Shown here in pieces: positions 8,990-17,963 of a DNA stretch of 64,000 bases. Below the pieces are notes generated by a model. The model was not told where the DNA came from. It made no database searches and saw only the letters and a program-made list of their open reading frames with translations. The position numbers and the translations under genes were made by a program. This DNA comes from Pirellulales bacterium. GTDB lineage: Bacteria > Planctomycetota > Planctomycetia > Pirellulales > JAICIG01. Each line of letters starts with the position of its first letter. Within the stretch, counting starts at the first letter, position 1. The DNA lies in NCBI GenBank assembly GCA_035532215.1, contig DATKRK010000359.1, positions 5,198 through 69,197 on the forward strand, in the 5' to 3' direction.

Positions 8990-10327
8990 ATGCTCAACCG
9001 ACGCCAATTTCGCCTGCGAACGCTGTTTTGGCTCACGGCCGCGGCGGCGGTCGGTTCAGCCGTAGGCCCCGCAACATTCCGATGGCTCGCAGCCGAACCC
9101 GAGCTTTTGATCGTGGAAGCCGGCGGGCGCGATCGTGGCTACGCGGCCGACGATTGGCCGCGGTGGCGCGGGCCTGAGGGCAACGCGGTTTCCTCCGAGA
9201 ATGATCTGCCGATTGAATGGAGCGCGACGCGAAATGTCGCCTGGAAAGCCGAGATCCTTGGTGAAGGTTCTTCGTCGCCGATCGTTTCGGGCGACTCGGT
9301 CATCGTCACGTCGAGCCTGGAGCACGGCTTTCGCCGCTTGACGCATTGCTTCGACCGCGCGAGCGGCGAAAAACGCTGGACCCGCGAGATCGAAGACGAC
9401 GACCCGGAAGTCGCCTCGTCAATGACCGGCCACGCCGCCGCCACTCCGGCCGCCGACGGCCGGCGCGTCGTCTGCGCCTTTGGCCGGGCCGGATTGGTCT
9501 GCTACGACTACGAAGGGCGGCAACTGTGGCGCGTGGCGCTGGGCCAGTTCGAGTCGGAACTTGGCCTGGCCAGTTCTCCAATCATCGACGGCGACCGCGT
9601 GTTTATGGTTTGCGATCACGACGGCGACCGCTTCACGTCGTTCGATTCTTACCTGCTGGCGGTCAAGCTGACCGACGGCAACACGCATTGGAAAGCTGAG
9701 CGCCGCGGCTTGTATCGCTCGTGGAGCACGCCGATCGTGGCGAACTCCGCCGGGCAGAAGATGCTCATCGTCAGCGCCCAGGATGAACTGCGGGCTTACG
9801 ACCCGCTGTCGGGCAAGCAGCTCTGGCAACTCCCCTGCACGACCGGTTGGGTCACGCCGAGCCCGGTCTACGCTGCCGGCACGATCTTCGCCGTCTCGGG
9901 CAAGAATGGTCCCGTCGTGGCCATCCGCCCCGCCGCCGGGGATGACGCTGCGGCCGAGATCGCCTGGAAGCTCGATGCCGCAGGGCCTTACGTCTGTTCG
10001 CCGATTGTCTATGGCGATTATCTGTATGTCCACGGCGAAGCTGGCGTGTTGACCTGCTATCACGCGGCCGATGGGCGGCAGATCTACCGCCAGCGATTGC
10101 CGGGCAAGTTCACCGCTTCGGCTGTGGCCGGCGCCGGAAAGCTGTATTTCACGAACGAGGAAGGCACGACTTACGTCGTGACGGCAGGCGCCGAATTCAA
10201 ACTGCTGGCCGCCAACCCCCTGAATGAATACATGCTGGCGTCGCCGGCGATTTCCGGCCGCCGACTCTTCCTGCGCACCGAACAACACTTATACTGTATC
10301 GCGCCGGGAACCGAGCGGTCACGGTGA
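8990..10327 (+). CDS. PQQ-like beta-propeller repeat protein (BamB-like fold), exported
   Basis: 'WPRWRGPEGNAVS...VAWKAEILGEGSSSPIVSGDSVIVTS' followed by repeated propeller blades. I moved the start to the ATG at 8990 ('MLNRRQFRLRTLFWLTAAAAVGSAV', signal/TM-like). The track ORF starts at 8879. Confidence 0.85.
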   Translation: MLNRRQFRLRTLFWLTAAAAVGSAVGPATFRWLAAEPELLIVEAGGRDRGYAADDWPRWRGPEGNAVSSENDLPIEWSATRNVAWKAEILGEGSSSPIVSGDSVIVTSSLEHGFRRLTHCFDRASGEKRWTREIEDDDPEVASSMTGHAAATPAADGRRVVCAFGRAGLVCYDYEGRQLWRVALGQFESELGLASSPIIDGDRVFMVCDHDGDRFTSFDSYLLAVKLTDGNTHWKAERRGLYRSWSTPIVANSAGQKMLIVSAQDELRAYDPLSGKQLWQLPCTTGWVTPSPVYAAGTIFAVSGKNGPVVAIRPAAGDDAAAEIAWKLDAAGPYVCSPIVYGDYLYVHGEAGVLTCYHAADGRQIYRQRLPGKFTASAVAGAGKLYFTNEEGTTYVVTAGAEFKLLAANPLNEYMLASPAISGRRLFLRTEQHLYCIAPGTERSR

Positions 10328-10371
10328 TGCCGCGTCAGACGAACCCAATTCTTCTCCGAAAGGACGCAATC

Positions 10372-11484
10372 ATGTCGCACTCGCTGCGTAGTCTCTGCGC
10401 CGCCCTCGCCGTCGTGCTGACGGCGGCCTCGCTGGCTCAGGCGGCCAGCCTGATCGAGGGTCTCGACAAGCAAGGCAAGCCCGATCTGAAATCGGCCGGG
10501 CCGCTGGCCTTCGGCCCCGACGGCGTGTTGTTCGTCGGCGATCCGCAAGGAGCGTCGATCTTCGCCATCGACACCGGCGACCGTAGCGAGAAATCGTCTC
10601 GCGGGCCGCTCAACGTGCAGAAGATCGACGAGCAGGCGGCGGCTCTGTTAGGCACGAAGGCCGACAACCTGCTCATCAACGACCTGGCGGTCAACCCGGC
10701 TTCGGGCGTCGCGTATCTCTCGATCTCGCGCGGCAAAGGGCCCGATGCCACGCCTGTGCTGTTGCGGGTCGACACGACCGGCAAGCTTTCGGAGCTGTCG
10801 CTCGACAGGGTGAAATACGCCCAGGCCCCGCTGCCCAACGCGCCCAACGCCAACGCCAAGGACCGCCGCGGCGCCAGCCAGCGGCAGGAATCGATCACCG
10901 ATTTGGCCTACATCGACGGCCGCGTGCTGGTGGCCGGTTTGTCGAACGAAGAATTCGCCTCGAACCTGCGTTCGATCCCCTATCCGTTCACCGAAACCGA
11001 CCAAGGCGCGAGCGTCGAAATCTATCACGGCGCCCACGGCAAGTTCGAAACACAGTCGCCCGTGCGGACCTTCGCCACCTACGACATCGGCGGCCAGGAC
11101 TATCTGCTGGCGGCTTACACCTGCACGCCGTTGGTGAAGATTCCGGTTTCCGCGTTGAAGCCCGGCGAGAAGATCAAGGGCACGACGATCGCCGAGTTGG
11201 GCAACCGCAACCGGCCGCTCGACATGGTCGTCTATCGGAAAGACGGCGCCGATTGGCTGCTGATGGCCAACAGCAGCCGCGGCGTGATGAAGATTCCGAC
11301 GGAAGGTTTCGAGAAGGCTCAAGGCATTTCCAAGCCGATCAAGGGCACCGCCGGCATCGGCTACCAGACGATCGAGAGCTTGAAGGGCGTGCAGCATCTG
11401 GACAAGTACGACAAGGATCGCGCTTTGCTCTTGGTGCGCAACGACGCCGGCCAGCTCAACCTGCAAACGGTCGAGCTGCCGTAG
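10372..11484 (+). CDS. exported hypothetical protein (beta-rich, unknown function)
   Basis: The ATG at 10372 is preceded by 'aaaggacgcaatc' and encodes the signal peptide 'MSHSLRSLCAALAVVLTAASLAQA'. Protein-like composition. No family recognised. Confidence 0.75.
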   Translation: MSHSLRSLCAALAVVLTAASLAQAASLIEGLDKQGKPDLKSAGPLAFGPDGVLFVGDPQGASIFAIDTGDRSEKSSRGPLNVQKIDEQAAALLGTKADNLLINDLAVNPASGVAYLSISRGKGPDATPVLLRVDTTGKLSELSLDRVKYAQAPLPNAPNANAKDRRGASQRQESITDLAYIDGRVLVAGLSNEEFASNLRSIPYPFTETDQGASVEIYHGAHGKFETQSPVRTFATYDIGGQDYLLAAYTCTPLVKIPVSALKPGEKIKGTTIAELGNRNRPLDMVVYRKDGADWLLMANSSRGVMKIPTEGFEKAQGISKPIKGTAGIGYQTIESLKGVQHLDKYDKDRALLLVRNDAGQLNLQTVELP

Positions 11485-11511
11485 GCGTTCGTCATCGCAA
11501 ACCGCCGTTTA

Positions 11512-11668
11512 ACAGTAGGGCAGACATTCTTGTCTGCCCTTGCCGAGCAAACAGTAGGGCAGGCATTCTTGTCTGCCCTTTGGCCCGCGGGGCGCGATGC
11601 CAACCGTTGGCGGTTCCGAGGCGGCAAACGTTTTCGCGACTGGGCAGGCAGGAATGCCTGCCCTACTG
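11512..11668. repeat. three copies of the palindromic unit 'cagtagggcag(a/g)cattcttgtctgccc'
   Basis: Direct copies lie at 11512-11541 and 11551-11580 (39-bp period, 1 mismatch). An inverted variant lies at 11642-11668. Each unit is itself a hairpin (gggcagaca..tgtctgccc). Confidence 0.9.
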
Positions 11669-11681
11669 GGAAGGTTGGGCG

Positions 11682-12842
11682 ATGAACTTGGCGAACGATT
11701 GGCGCGTTGTGCTGCTCGCGATCGGCTGCATCGCGGACGCTTGCGGAGCAACCGCGGCAGACCAAGCGCAGCCGGCGGTGATCCGTTTATCGACTTTGGG
11801 CGAGGGCCAGCGAGTCTTCGACGTCACAGGGCTTTCGAGCGAGGAGCGAACGGCGCTAGCCGACTTCCCCCAGGACGACGCTGCTTGGCAAGCGCGCTTC
11901 GCGGTCTATGCGCTGGCCGATCGGAAGGCCGGCGTCGAAGGACGCCCGGCGATGGTCGGCAGTTACGCGCTCGACGAAGGGCGTTTGCGATTTGCGCCCC
12001 GATACCGGCTCGATCCGGGCGTGATCTACCGGGCCGTCTATCGCCCGGCCGAACGGGAAGCTGCCCCGATCACCGCCGATTTCGAAATTCCCGCGCCGCG
12101 CGCCGCGAGGCCGACAAAACTCGCGGCCATCTATCCCTCGCGCGATCGGCTGCCCGAAAACCAATTGAAATTTTACCTGCATTTTTCCGCCCCCATGTCT
12201 CGCGGCGAGGCTTACGAGCACGTGCAATTGCTCGACGCCCAAGGCCGGCCGATCGAGCTGCCGTTTTTGGAGTTGGGCGAAGAGTTGTGGGATCGCGAAG
12301 CCAAGCGATTCACGCTGTTTTTCGACCCGGGGCGGATCAAACGCGGTTTGAAGCCGCGCGAAGAAGTCGGCCCGGCGATCGAAGAAGGCAAGAGCTACAC
12401 GCTGGTAATTGACGCCGGCTGGCGCGACGCCGCGGGCCGGCCCTTGGCGGCCGAAGTCCGCAAGACGTTCGCAGTCGGTCCGCCCGACGATACTCCGCTC
12501 GACGCCGCAAATTGGAAGCTCGACGCGCCGGCTGGCGGCCGCGAGCCGCTCGTGGTCGAGTTTCCCGAGCCGCTCGATCACGCCCTGCTCGGTCGTCTGC
12601 TGTACGTCGAGCGCGGCGGCGAGCCGGTTGCCGGCGAGATCGCCATCGACCAGCAGGAAACGCGCTGGCGGTTCACGCCGCGCGACGCCTGGCGGCCGGG
12701 CAGTTACGATCTCGTCGCCGGCAAGGAGCTTGAGGATCTGGCCGGCAACAGTCTCGCGCGGCCGTTCGAGATCGACGAGTTGAAACCCGTCACGCTCGAA
12801 GTGACGCCGGAATTCGTGCGGGTTCCGTTCGAAGTAAAATGA
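11682..12842 (+). CDS. exported hypothetical protein (possible Ig-like domains)
   Basis: I moved the start to the ATG at 11682 ('MNLANDWRVVLLAIGCIADACG'), because the upstream part of the track ORF runs through three palindromic repeats. Ordinary composition. No family recognised. Confidence 0.7.
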   Translation: MNLANDWRVVLLAIGCIADACGATAADQAQPAVIRLSTLGEGQRVFDVTGLSSEERTALADFPQDDAAWQARFAVYALADRKAGVEGRPAMVGSYALDEGRLRFAPRYRLDPGVIYRAVYRPAEREAAPITADFEIPAPRAARPTKLAAIYPSRDRLPENQLKFYLHFSAPMSRGEAYEHVQLLDAQGRPIELPFLELGEELWDREAKRFTLFFDPGRIKRGLKPREEVGPAIEEGKSYTLVIDAGWRDAAGRPLAAEVRKTFAVGPPDDTPLDAANWKLDAPAGGREPLVVEFPEPLDHALLGRLLYVERGGEPVAGEIAIDQQETRWRFTPRDAWRPGSYDLVAGKELEDLAGNSLARPFEIDELKPVTLEVTPEFVRVPFEVK

Positions 12843-12867
12843 CGGCGCTCCATGCATGACGTCGGAA

Positions 12868-13009
12868 GATCACGAAAACGCGAAAGTACGAAAGCACCGA
12901 AAGCACGAAAGAGAAGTCCGGAAACGAAAAATGAGCAAGCATCCTTCCCATGCTTTCGACTCACACTTGCTCCTTTCGCGTTTTCGCTCTTTCGTGCTTT
13001 CGCGATTCA
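12868..13009. repeat. ~140-bp element with 'gatcacgaaaacgcgaaag...cgaaagcacgaaag' arms (family also at 46129..46263)
   Basis: The left arm 12868-12913 and right arm 12971-13009 are inverted complements built from 'cgaaag' motifs. Confidence 0.85.
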
Positions 13010-13062
13010 TGCCTCGGCGTACTTTAGAACCAAGCATTGACGCAACTCTGGGAAACGACATC

Positions 13063-14019
13063 ATGCTGACTCGTTTGTTGATCGCCGTATTTGTCGCCCT
13101 CCTCGCTCTGCCGCAGCTCGCGCACGCCGCCGAAGCGGAGGCGAACAAGTGGCTCGCCGAGTCGAAGCGGCTGGCCTTTCTGGGCGACAGCATCACGGCG
13201 GCCGGCGCGTACGTGGCCAATTTCGACGCCTGGCTGGTTTCTCGGAAGCCGGCAAGCGCGCCGGAAGTCATCGACTGCGGACTGCCCAGCGAAACCGTAT
13301 CGGGCCTCAGCGAGGAAGGGCACGCCGGCGGGGCCTTTCCGCGGCCCGATTTGCACGAACGGCTCGATCGCGTGCTGAAGCTGACCAAGCCCGACCTGGT
13401 CATCGCCTGCTATGGCATCAACTGCGGCATCTACGAGCCGTTCGACGAAAAGCGGTTCGAGCGTTACCAGCAGGGCATCCTCAAGCTGAAACAGCGCGTC
13501 GAAGCGTCCGGCGCCCGCTTGGTTCTGGTGACGCCGCCTTATTACGACGACCAGCGCGCGCCGCGGCCATTCTCGTACAACGCCGTGCTCGATCGCTATA
13601 GCGACTGGCTGCTCGACCAGCGCAAGGCGGGCTGGCAGATGATCGATCTGCACGGCCCGATGACGCGCGAAGTCGAACGGCGCCGCACGGCCGATCCCGA
13701 GTTCACCTTTCAGCCCGACGGCGTTCACCCCAACGACGCCGGCCATTGGTTCATTGCCCAGCAACTGATTCGCTTCTTCGGAGACAAGGAGGCGGCCGAG
13801 GCGGCGACGCCCGAGGCGATGCTCGCCGCGCGCGGACTGCCCGAAGATTTGCTTAAAACCGTAAGGCAGCGCGTGAATGTGTTGCGAGACGCCTACGTCG
13901 CCGCGGCCGGACACAAGCGGCCCGGCGTGGCCCAGGGCTTGCCGGTGGCCGAGGCCGAAGTCCAAGCCGAAAAGCTTTCGGCTGAGATTCGAAAAATGAC
14001 GGCGGCGGCGAAACGTTGA
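13063..14019 (+). CDS. SGNH/GDSL-family hydrolase, exported
   Basis: Signal peptide 'MLTRLLIAVFVALLALPQLAHA'. Block I is 'FLGDSITAAG', and 'DGVHPNDAGH' is the block V D-x-x-H. The upstream part of the track ORF lies in a repeat element. Confidence 0.88.
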   Translation: MLTRLLIAVFVALLALPQLAHAAEAEANKWLAESKRLAFLGDSITAAGAYVANFDAWLVSRKPASAPEVIDCGLPSETVSGLSEEGHAGGAFPRPDLHERLDRVLKLTKPDLVIACYGINCGIYEPFDEKRFERYQQGILKLKQRVEASGARLVLVTPPYYDDQRAPRPFSYNAVLDRYSDWLLDQRKAGWQMIDLHGPMTREVERRRTADPEFTFQPDGVHPNDAGHWFIAQQLIRFFGDKEAAEAATPEAMLAARGLPEDLLKTVRQRVNVLRDAYVAAAGHKRPGVAQGLPVAEAEVQAEKLSAEIRKMTAAAKR

Positions 14020-14157
14020 CCGCGCGACAACCAGTAGATATCCGCAGAAACTATCGACAAACGCCAAGATTTCGCGCGCCGTTGCGAATACCTTGGCGAC
14101 CGATCGCAAAGGGGGTCATTCAGATCAAAGCAGGCCCCAGTCGAGAGGAGTAAAGCC

Positions 14158-14484
14158 ATGTGGGGTTGGAAAAGCGTCGAGCGGCTGATCGAGCCCAGCC
14201 TTTCTTTTAACCGGGCGAAAGAGGCGCTGTTGGCGCAGGGATTTCGGATCCACACTTCGAATCCGCATCACGCGGTGTTCAAGAGCGCTGGGACCGAGAA
14301 CCCCTGGACGACTCTGGCCCCGAATGGCGAAAATGTGCCGATCGAACTTGCTCTTGCCGAAACGCACGGCGGCCTGTATCTGCATCTGCGATACGAGACG
14401 TTCTGTCTTTTCGACACGGGCGATCTCAATCGTTTCGCCGACGACCTTGCGGCTGGCTTGGCGGCGCAAACGAGCGGGACGTAG
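14158..14484 (+). CDS. small hypothetical protein
   Basis: 108-aa ORF preceded by 'gagaggagtaaagcc' (SD-like). Mixed, protein-like composition. No family recognised. Confidence 0.55.
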   Translation: MWGWKSVERLIEPSLSFNRAKEALLAQGFRIHTSNPHHAVFKSAGTENPWTTLAPNGENVPIELALAETHGGLYLHLRYETFCLFDTGDLNRFADDLAAGLAAQTSGT

Positions 14485-14628
14485 GTCAGGCTTTCCAGCC
14501 TGACAGAAACCGGATCGGACGCACCATCCAAACCGCAATGGGGCGCCAACGCGCCCCCCATGCCTAGATCCGCGACGATATGCAACGCGGGTTGCCTGAA
14601 ACGTGTCAGGCTGGAAAGCCTGACCCAC
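14481..14628. repeat. inverted pair of the palindromic unit 'gtcaggctttccagcctgac'
   Basis: Units lie at 14481-14504 and 14603-14628, in the spacer between convergent genes. Confidence 0.85.
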
Positions 14629-14651
14629 GTGCCGCGGCCGCTGATTGCACT

Positions 14652-15608
14652 TTACTTGGCCCAGTCGCCCGGAATGACCTCATGCCCGGCGCGGGTGCCG
14701 AGCGCCTGGAAGATCAAGCTGTCGGCATAGTAGTCTCCGTTGGCCTGGTCATTCGCAATGCTGGGGTAGAACCGCACCGAGCCGTCGGCGAACGCGAAGT
14801 ACGAACCGTAGACGTGCATGCTGGAGAAATCGTCCATCCCCGCGCTTCCGTCACCGTCGATCAGGGCGTTGTTCAAATGAGCGTGCGACACCACGAGCGC
14901 CGAGGCAGGGTAAAACATGCCTGCGACGAGCGGCTGGCATGGGTTGAGAGCGCCTCGCACGAGCACCCCGCGGTTGATCGCGCCGGGCCAGATTCCCTGC
15001 GCGTTGGCCCAGGCCTTTTCCCCGACCAGGATGGTGGTCGACGTGCCGTCGACGATATCGGCCATCCGCGTCGCACTGTTGCGATAGAAGACGCCCGTTC
15101 CCGTTTTGTCGGAGACGGCGGATTCGTCGCTGCCGATGCACCCGACATAGCTCGTGACCCCGGAAAGGGCAATGACATTGCCGGACGCGTCGGGCACGGC
15201 ATAGGGAGTTTGCGGGGCGATATCCGAGGGGCAGACATAGGCCGAAATCGGGGTTTGAATTGCGCGGGCGTTCAAGGGATGCTCGATGGGCAGGCCGAAA
15301 TTGACCCCTTCATAGACCGCCCCTTGCTCCATGTAGGGCAGGATGAATGCCGCCCAGCCCCAGCCCATCGTGGTGTCGGTGGCGCCGTCGACATACGCAA
15401 CCGAAGCGCAATAGCCCGGCGGAAACGAGCGCATCGCGTCGTGGTAATTCTGCGCGGCCAGCGCGATCTGTTTGAGGTTGTTCGAGCATTGGCTGCGGCG
15501 GGCCGACTCGCGGGCCGCCTGGACGGCCGGCAGCAGCAAGGCCACCAGCAGGCCGATGATCGCAATCACCACCAGCAATTCGACGAGGGTAAAGGCGCGT
15601 CGAGACAT
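14652..15608 (-). CDS. DUF1559 protein with prepilin-type N-terminal methylation motif
   Basis: 'FTLVELLVVIAIIGLLVALLLPAVQAARE' at the N-terminus and 'HVYGSYFAFADG' (H-X9-DG) near the C-terminus. The start at 15608 is preceded by 'aggagaactctcg'. Confidence 0.92.
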   Translation of the reverse strand: MSRRAFTLVELLVVIAIIGLLVALLLPAVQAARESARRSQCSNNLKQIALAAQNYHDAMRSFPPGYCASVAYVDGATDTTMGWGWAAFILPYMEQGAVYEGVNFGLPIEHPLNARAIQTPISAYVCPSDIAPQTPYAVPDASGNVIALSGVTSYVGCIGSDESAVSDKTGTGVFYRNSATRMADIVDGTSTTILVGEKAWANAQGIWPGAINRGVLVRGALNPCQPLVAGMFYPASALVVSHAHLNNALIDGDGSAGMDDFSSMHVYGSYFAFADGSVRFYPSIANDQANGDYYADSLIFQALGTRAGHEVIPGDWAK

Positions 15609-15779
15609 CGAGAGTTCTCCTGAAAAAGGGGCCACGGGTCTTCGAGCGTGGCTGGCGGAGAGGCCCTTTCCGGGCAGGCTGGCGGGCTCGCTATAGCGTC
15701 GTTAATGAGACGCCGTATCAACAATACTTGTCATTCTGTCACCGCAATTTTCCCGCGTCAAGAGACTTTCGCAAAATTA

Positions 15780-15808
15780 TTGACATTGAGTCTCAATATC
15801 TTTATTTT
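15780..15808 (+). promoter_or_regulatory. putative sigma70-type promoter with an operator-like palindrome in the spacer, upstream of hemP
   Basis: TTGACA (15780-15785), a 17-nt spacer, then TATTTT (15803-15808). The perfect 6-1-6 palindrome ATTGAG-T-CTCAAT (15785-15797) lies inside, within an unusually AT-rich stretch. Confidence 0.4.
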
Positions 15809-15860
15809 CTCAGAAGGCAAATCGTTTCCCTTTTTCGCCGCACCACATTCAATCAAGCTC

Positions 15861-16052
15861 GTGAACTCACCCGCTGCACCATCCCCCGCCCAACCGAACG
15901 ACTCGCGCGCGACCGATCCTGGCGGACCGCCGCTGCGAACCGTGCAGTCGCAAGACTTGCTTCAGGGACAGGTCGAGGTGCTGATCGCGCATGGCGGCGA
16001 AACGTATCGCCTGCGGCTGACTCGCAGCGGCAAGCTGATTCTGCAGAAGTAA
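15861..16052 (+). CDS. hemP: hemin uptake protein HemP family
   Basis: The C-terminal 'VQSQDLLQGQVEVLIAHGGETYRLRLTRSGKLILQK' matches the HemP signature. The start is uncertain: the in-frame GTG at 15861 was chosen, and the track ORF begins at 15648. Confidence 0.7.
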   Translation: MNSPAAPSPAQPNDSRATDPGGPPLRTVQSQDLLQGQVEVLIAHGGETYRLRLTRSGKLILQK

Positions 16053-16143
16053 GCCAAAGTCGCAGGCGCACTCTGCGTGGGGTTGCTGGTCAGCCGGATT
16101 TTCGGCATCGCCGGCAAAGTAACATCAGCCGCCGCTCGATTCA

Positions 16144-16203
16144 CTAACCCGAAGCGTCAGCGAGGCGGAACGGCGCCACAGCCTCGCTGACGCTTCGGGT
16201 TAG
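16144..16203. repeat. hairpin repeat 'ctaacccgaagcgtcagcgagg' (diverged copy at 36204..36267)
   Basis: A 22-bp perfect stem (16144-16165 / 16182-16203) lies immediately downstream of hemP and could act as a terminator. Confidence 0.85.
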
Positions 16204-16231
16204 GCGTAAGTAGGGGTTCGTGCGGTTGATT

Positions 16232-16321
16232 CTGTAGGGAACGCCCTCCGCGGCGTTCCGGGAAGCGCGAATCGGCGCGATTCCCGGGTGTACGGCATGC
16301 CACGGAGGGCGTGCCCTACAG
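16232..16321. repeat. inverted repeat 'ctgtaggg(a/c)acgccctccg(c/t)gg'
   Basis: The arms at 16232-16259 and 16294-16321 are imperfectly complementary. Confidence 0.8.
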
Positions 16322-16541
16322 GCTTTGTCGCGAACGTCTACCTACGCCCCTTCGGGTTAGTGTCGTCTGATGCCGAATTGAAACGGCGCGCCGCGTGCAG
16401 TCTTCGTTTCGGCTGGTACAATACACCCTCGGGCGACAGCGGCGATTTCCGTCGCTCGCTGGCTGCTACGGTTCCTACCTCGACTTTCCCGCCTTAGAGT
16501 TAGCACGACATGCCCTTTGTTCGGCTTGCAGAGACGCGTGC

Positions 16542-17963
16542 ATGGTGAATCGCAAAACGGCGGACGCGGCTCTCCCGGCGGCGCCCGAGGAAACGACGCT
16601 CCAAGCATCTTCGACGGCCGCGACGCCGACGGAGTCGTCCCCGCGAAAGCCGGGCGCGCGGCCGCACGCCGCCCCGCCCGCCAAAGGCCGCTGGTGGCCG
16701 ACGCTGCTCATGCTGAGCTGTTTGAGCGCGGCCGTTTACTTTTCGTTGCCGTGGCTGCCCAAGCTGATCGCGCTCAGCGGCGCCGGCCGCGCCGGAGACA
16801 AAGTCGCCAAGCCGCGCGAGCGCGTCGTGCCAGTGGTGGCCGCCGCCGCGCGCCGCGCCGACATGGATTTGTATCTCAACGGCCTGGGCACGGTGACGGC
16901 TTTCAATACGGTCACGATCCGCAGCCGCGTCGAAGGCGAACTCATTCGCGTAGCCTTCACCGAAGGGCAGATGGTCAAACAGGGAGACTTGCTGGCCGAG
17001 ATCGATCCCCGGCCGTTCGAAGTGCAATTGTCGCAGGCCCAAGGCCAACTGATGAAGGACAAAGCCGCCTCCGAAGTGGCCCAACTCAATCTCGCGCGCT
17101 ACAATGAATTGCTGACCACGCGTTCGGTGACGCCCCAGCAGATCGACGAGCAAACGGCCTTGGTCGACCAGAGCGAGGGCGCCATCCAGATCGACCAGGC
17201 GCAAATCGACCATGTCAAGCTGCAGCTCACTTACTGCAAAATCGTCGCGCCGGTGAGCGGGCGGATCGGCTTGGGGCTGGTCGATCCGGGCAATATCGTG
17301 CGGGCCAACGAGCCGGGCGGCATCGCCGTGATCACGCAAGTGCAGCCGATCGCCGTGGTGTTCACCATTCCGCAGGACGAAATCTCGCGCGTGCAGGGGA
17401 AGCTGCACGCAGGCCGCACCTTGTCGGTCGAGACGTACGACCGCAACTTCAAGATCCGGCTGGCCACGGGCAAGCTGCACGCCATCGATAACCAGGTCGA
17501 CACCACGACCGGCACGTTGCGGCTCAAGGCCGTGTTCGACAACCAGGACGAGCTGCTGTTTCCCAATCAGTTCGTCAACGCGCGGCTGTTGGTCGACGTC
17601 AAGCGCGACGCCACGCTCGTGCCCGGCGCCGCCGTGCAGCGCGGCCCCGACTCGAACTTCGTCTACGTCGTCAAGGACGACGAGACGGTCGAGTTGCGCA
17701 AGGTCGAAATCGGCCCGGTGGAAGGCGCCGAAGTGGCCATCGAAAGCGGCCTGACGCCCGGCGAAGTCGTCGTCACCGACGGCGTCGACAAGCTGCAGCC
17801 GGGCGCCAAAGTCGCCTTGCGCGAGCGAAACGCCGATGGCGCCGCCACGGCCTCGATCTCGGAATCAGCGTCTCCCGCCGAAACCGAATCGCCGTCTGAC
17901 CGAACCGCCGTGCGCGGCGATGGCGCCAAAACAACGACCGCACAGGCGAATTCGCGACCATGA
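16542..17963 (+). CDS. mdtA: RND efflux periplasmic adaptor (MdtA-like)
   Basis: '[60 protein letters not shown]' closely parallels E. coli MdtA. I moved the start to the ATG at 16542. The stop overlaps the next gene's start by 4 bp. Confidence 0.93.
   Translation: MVNRKTADAALPAAPEETTLQASSTAATPTESSPRKPGARPHAAPPAKGRWWPTLLMLSCLSAAVYFSLPWLPKLIALSGAGRAGDKVAKPRERVVPVVAAAARRADMDLYLNGLGTVTAFNTVTIRSRVEGELIRVAFTEGQMVKQGDLLAEIDPRPFEVQLSQAQGQLMKDKAASEVAQLNLARYNELLTTRSVTPQQIDEQTALVDQSEGAIQIDQAQIDHVKLQLTYCKIVAPVSGRIGLGLVDPGNIVRANEPGGIAVITQVQPIAVVFTIPQDEISRVQGKLHAGRTLSVETYDRNFKIRLATGKLHAIDNQVDTTTGTLRLKAVFDNQDELLFPNQFVNARLLVDVKRDATLVPGAAVQRGPDSNFVYVVKDDETVELRKVEIGPVEGAEVAIESGLTPGEVVVTDGVDKLQPGAKVALRERNADGAATASISESASPAETESPSDRTAVRGDGAKTTTAQANSRP

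Noticed and set aside
11512-11580. Two direct 30-bp repeats spaced 39 bp apart, considered as a possible minimal CRISPR array
   Set aside because: There are only two direct copies plus one inverted copy. The 9-bp 'spacer' is far too short. The unit is a dispersed-type palindrome, and there are no cas genes in the window.
14240-14270. 'cacttcgaatccg' resembling a tRNA T-arm (GTTCGAATC)
   Set aside because: It lies inside a plausible CDS. No acceptor stem, D-arm or anticodon arm can be drawn around it. A second 'cttcgaatcc' at about 6270 lies inside the LRR gene for the same reason.
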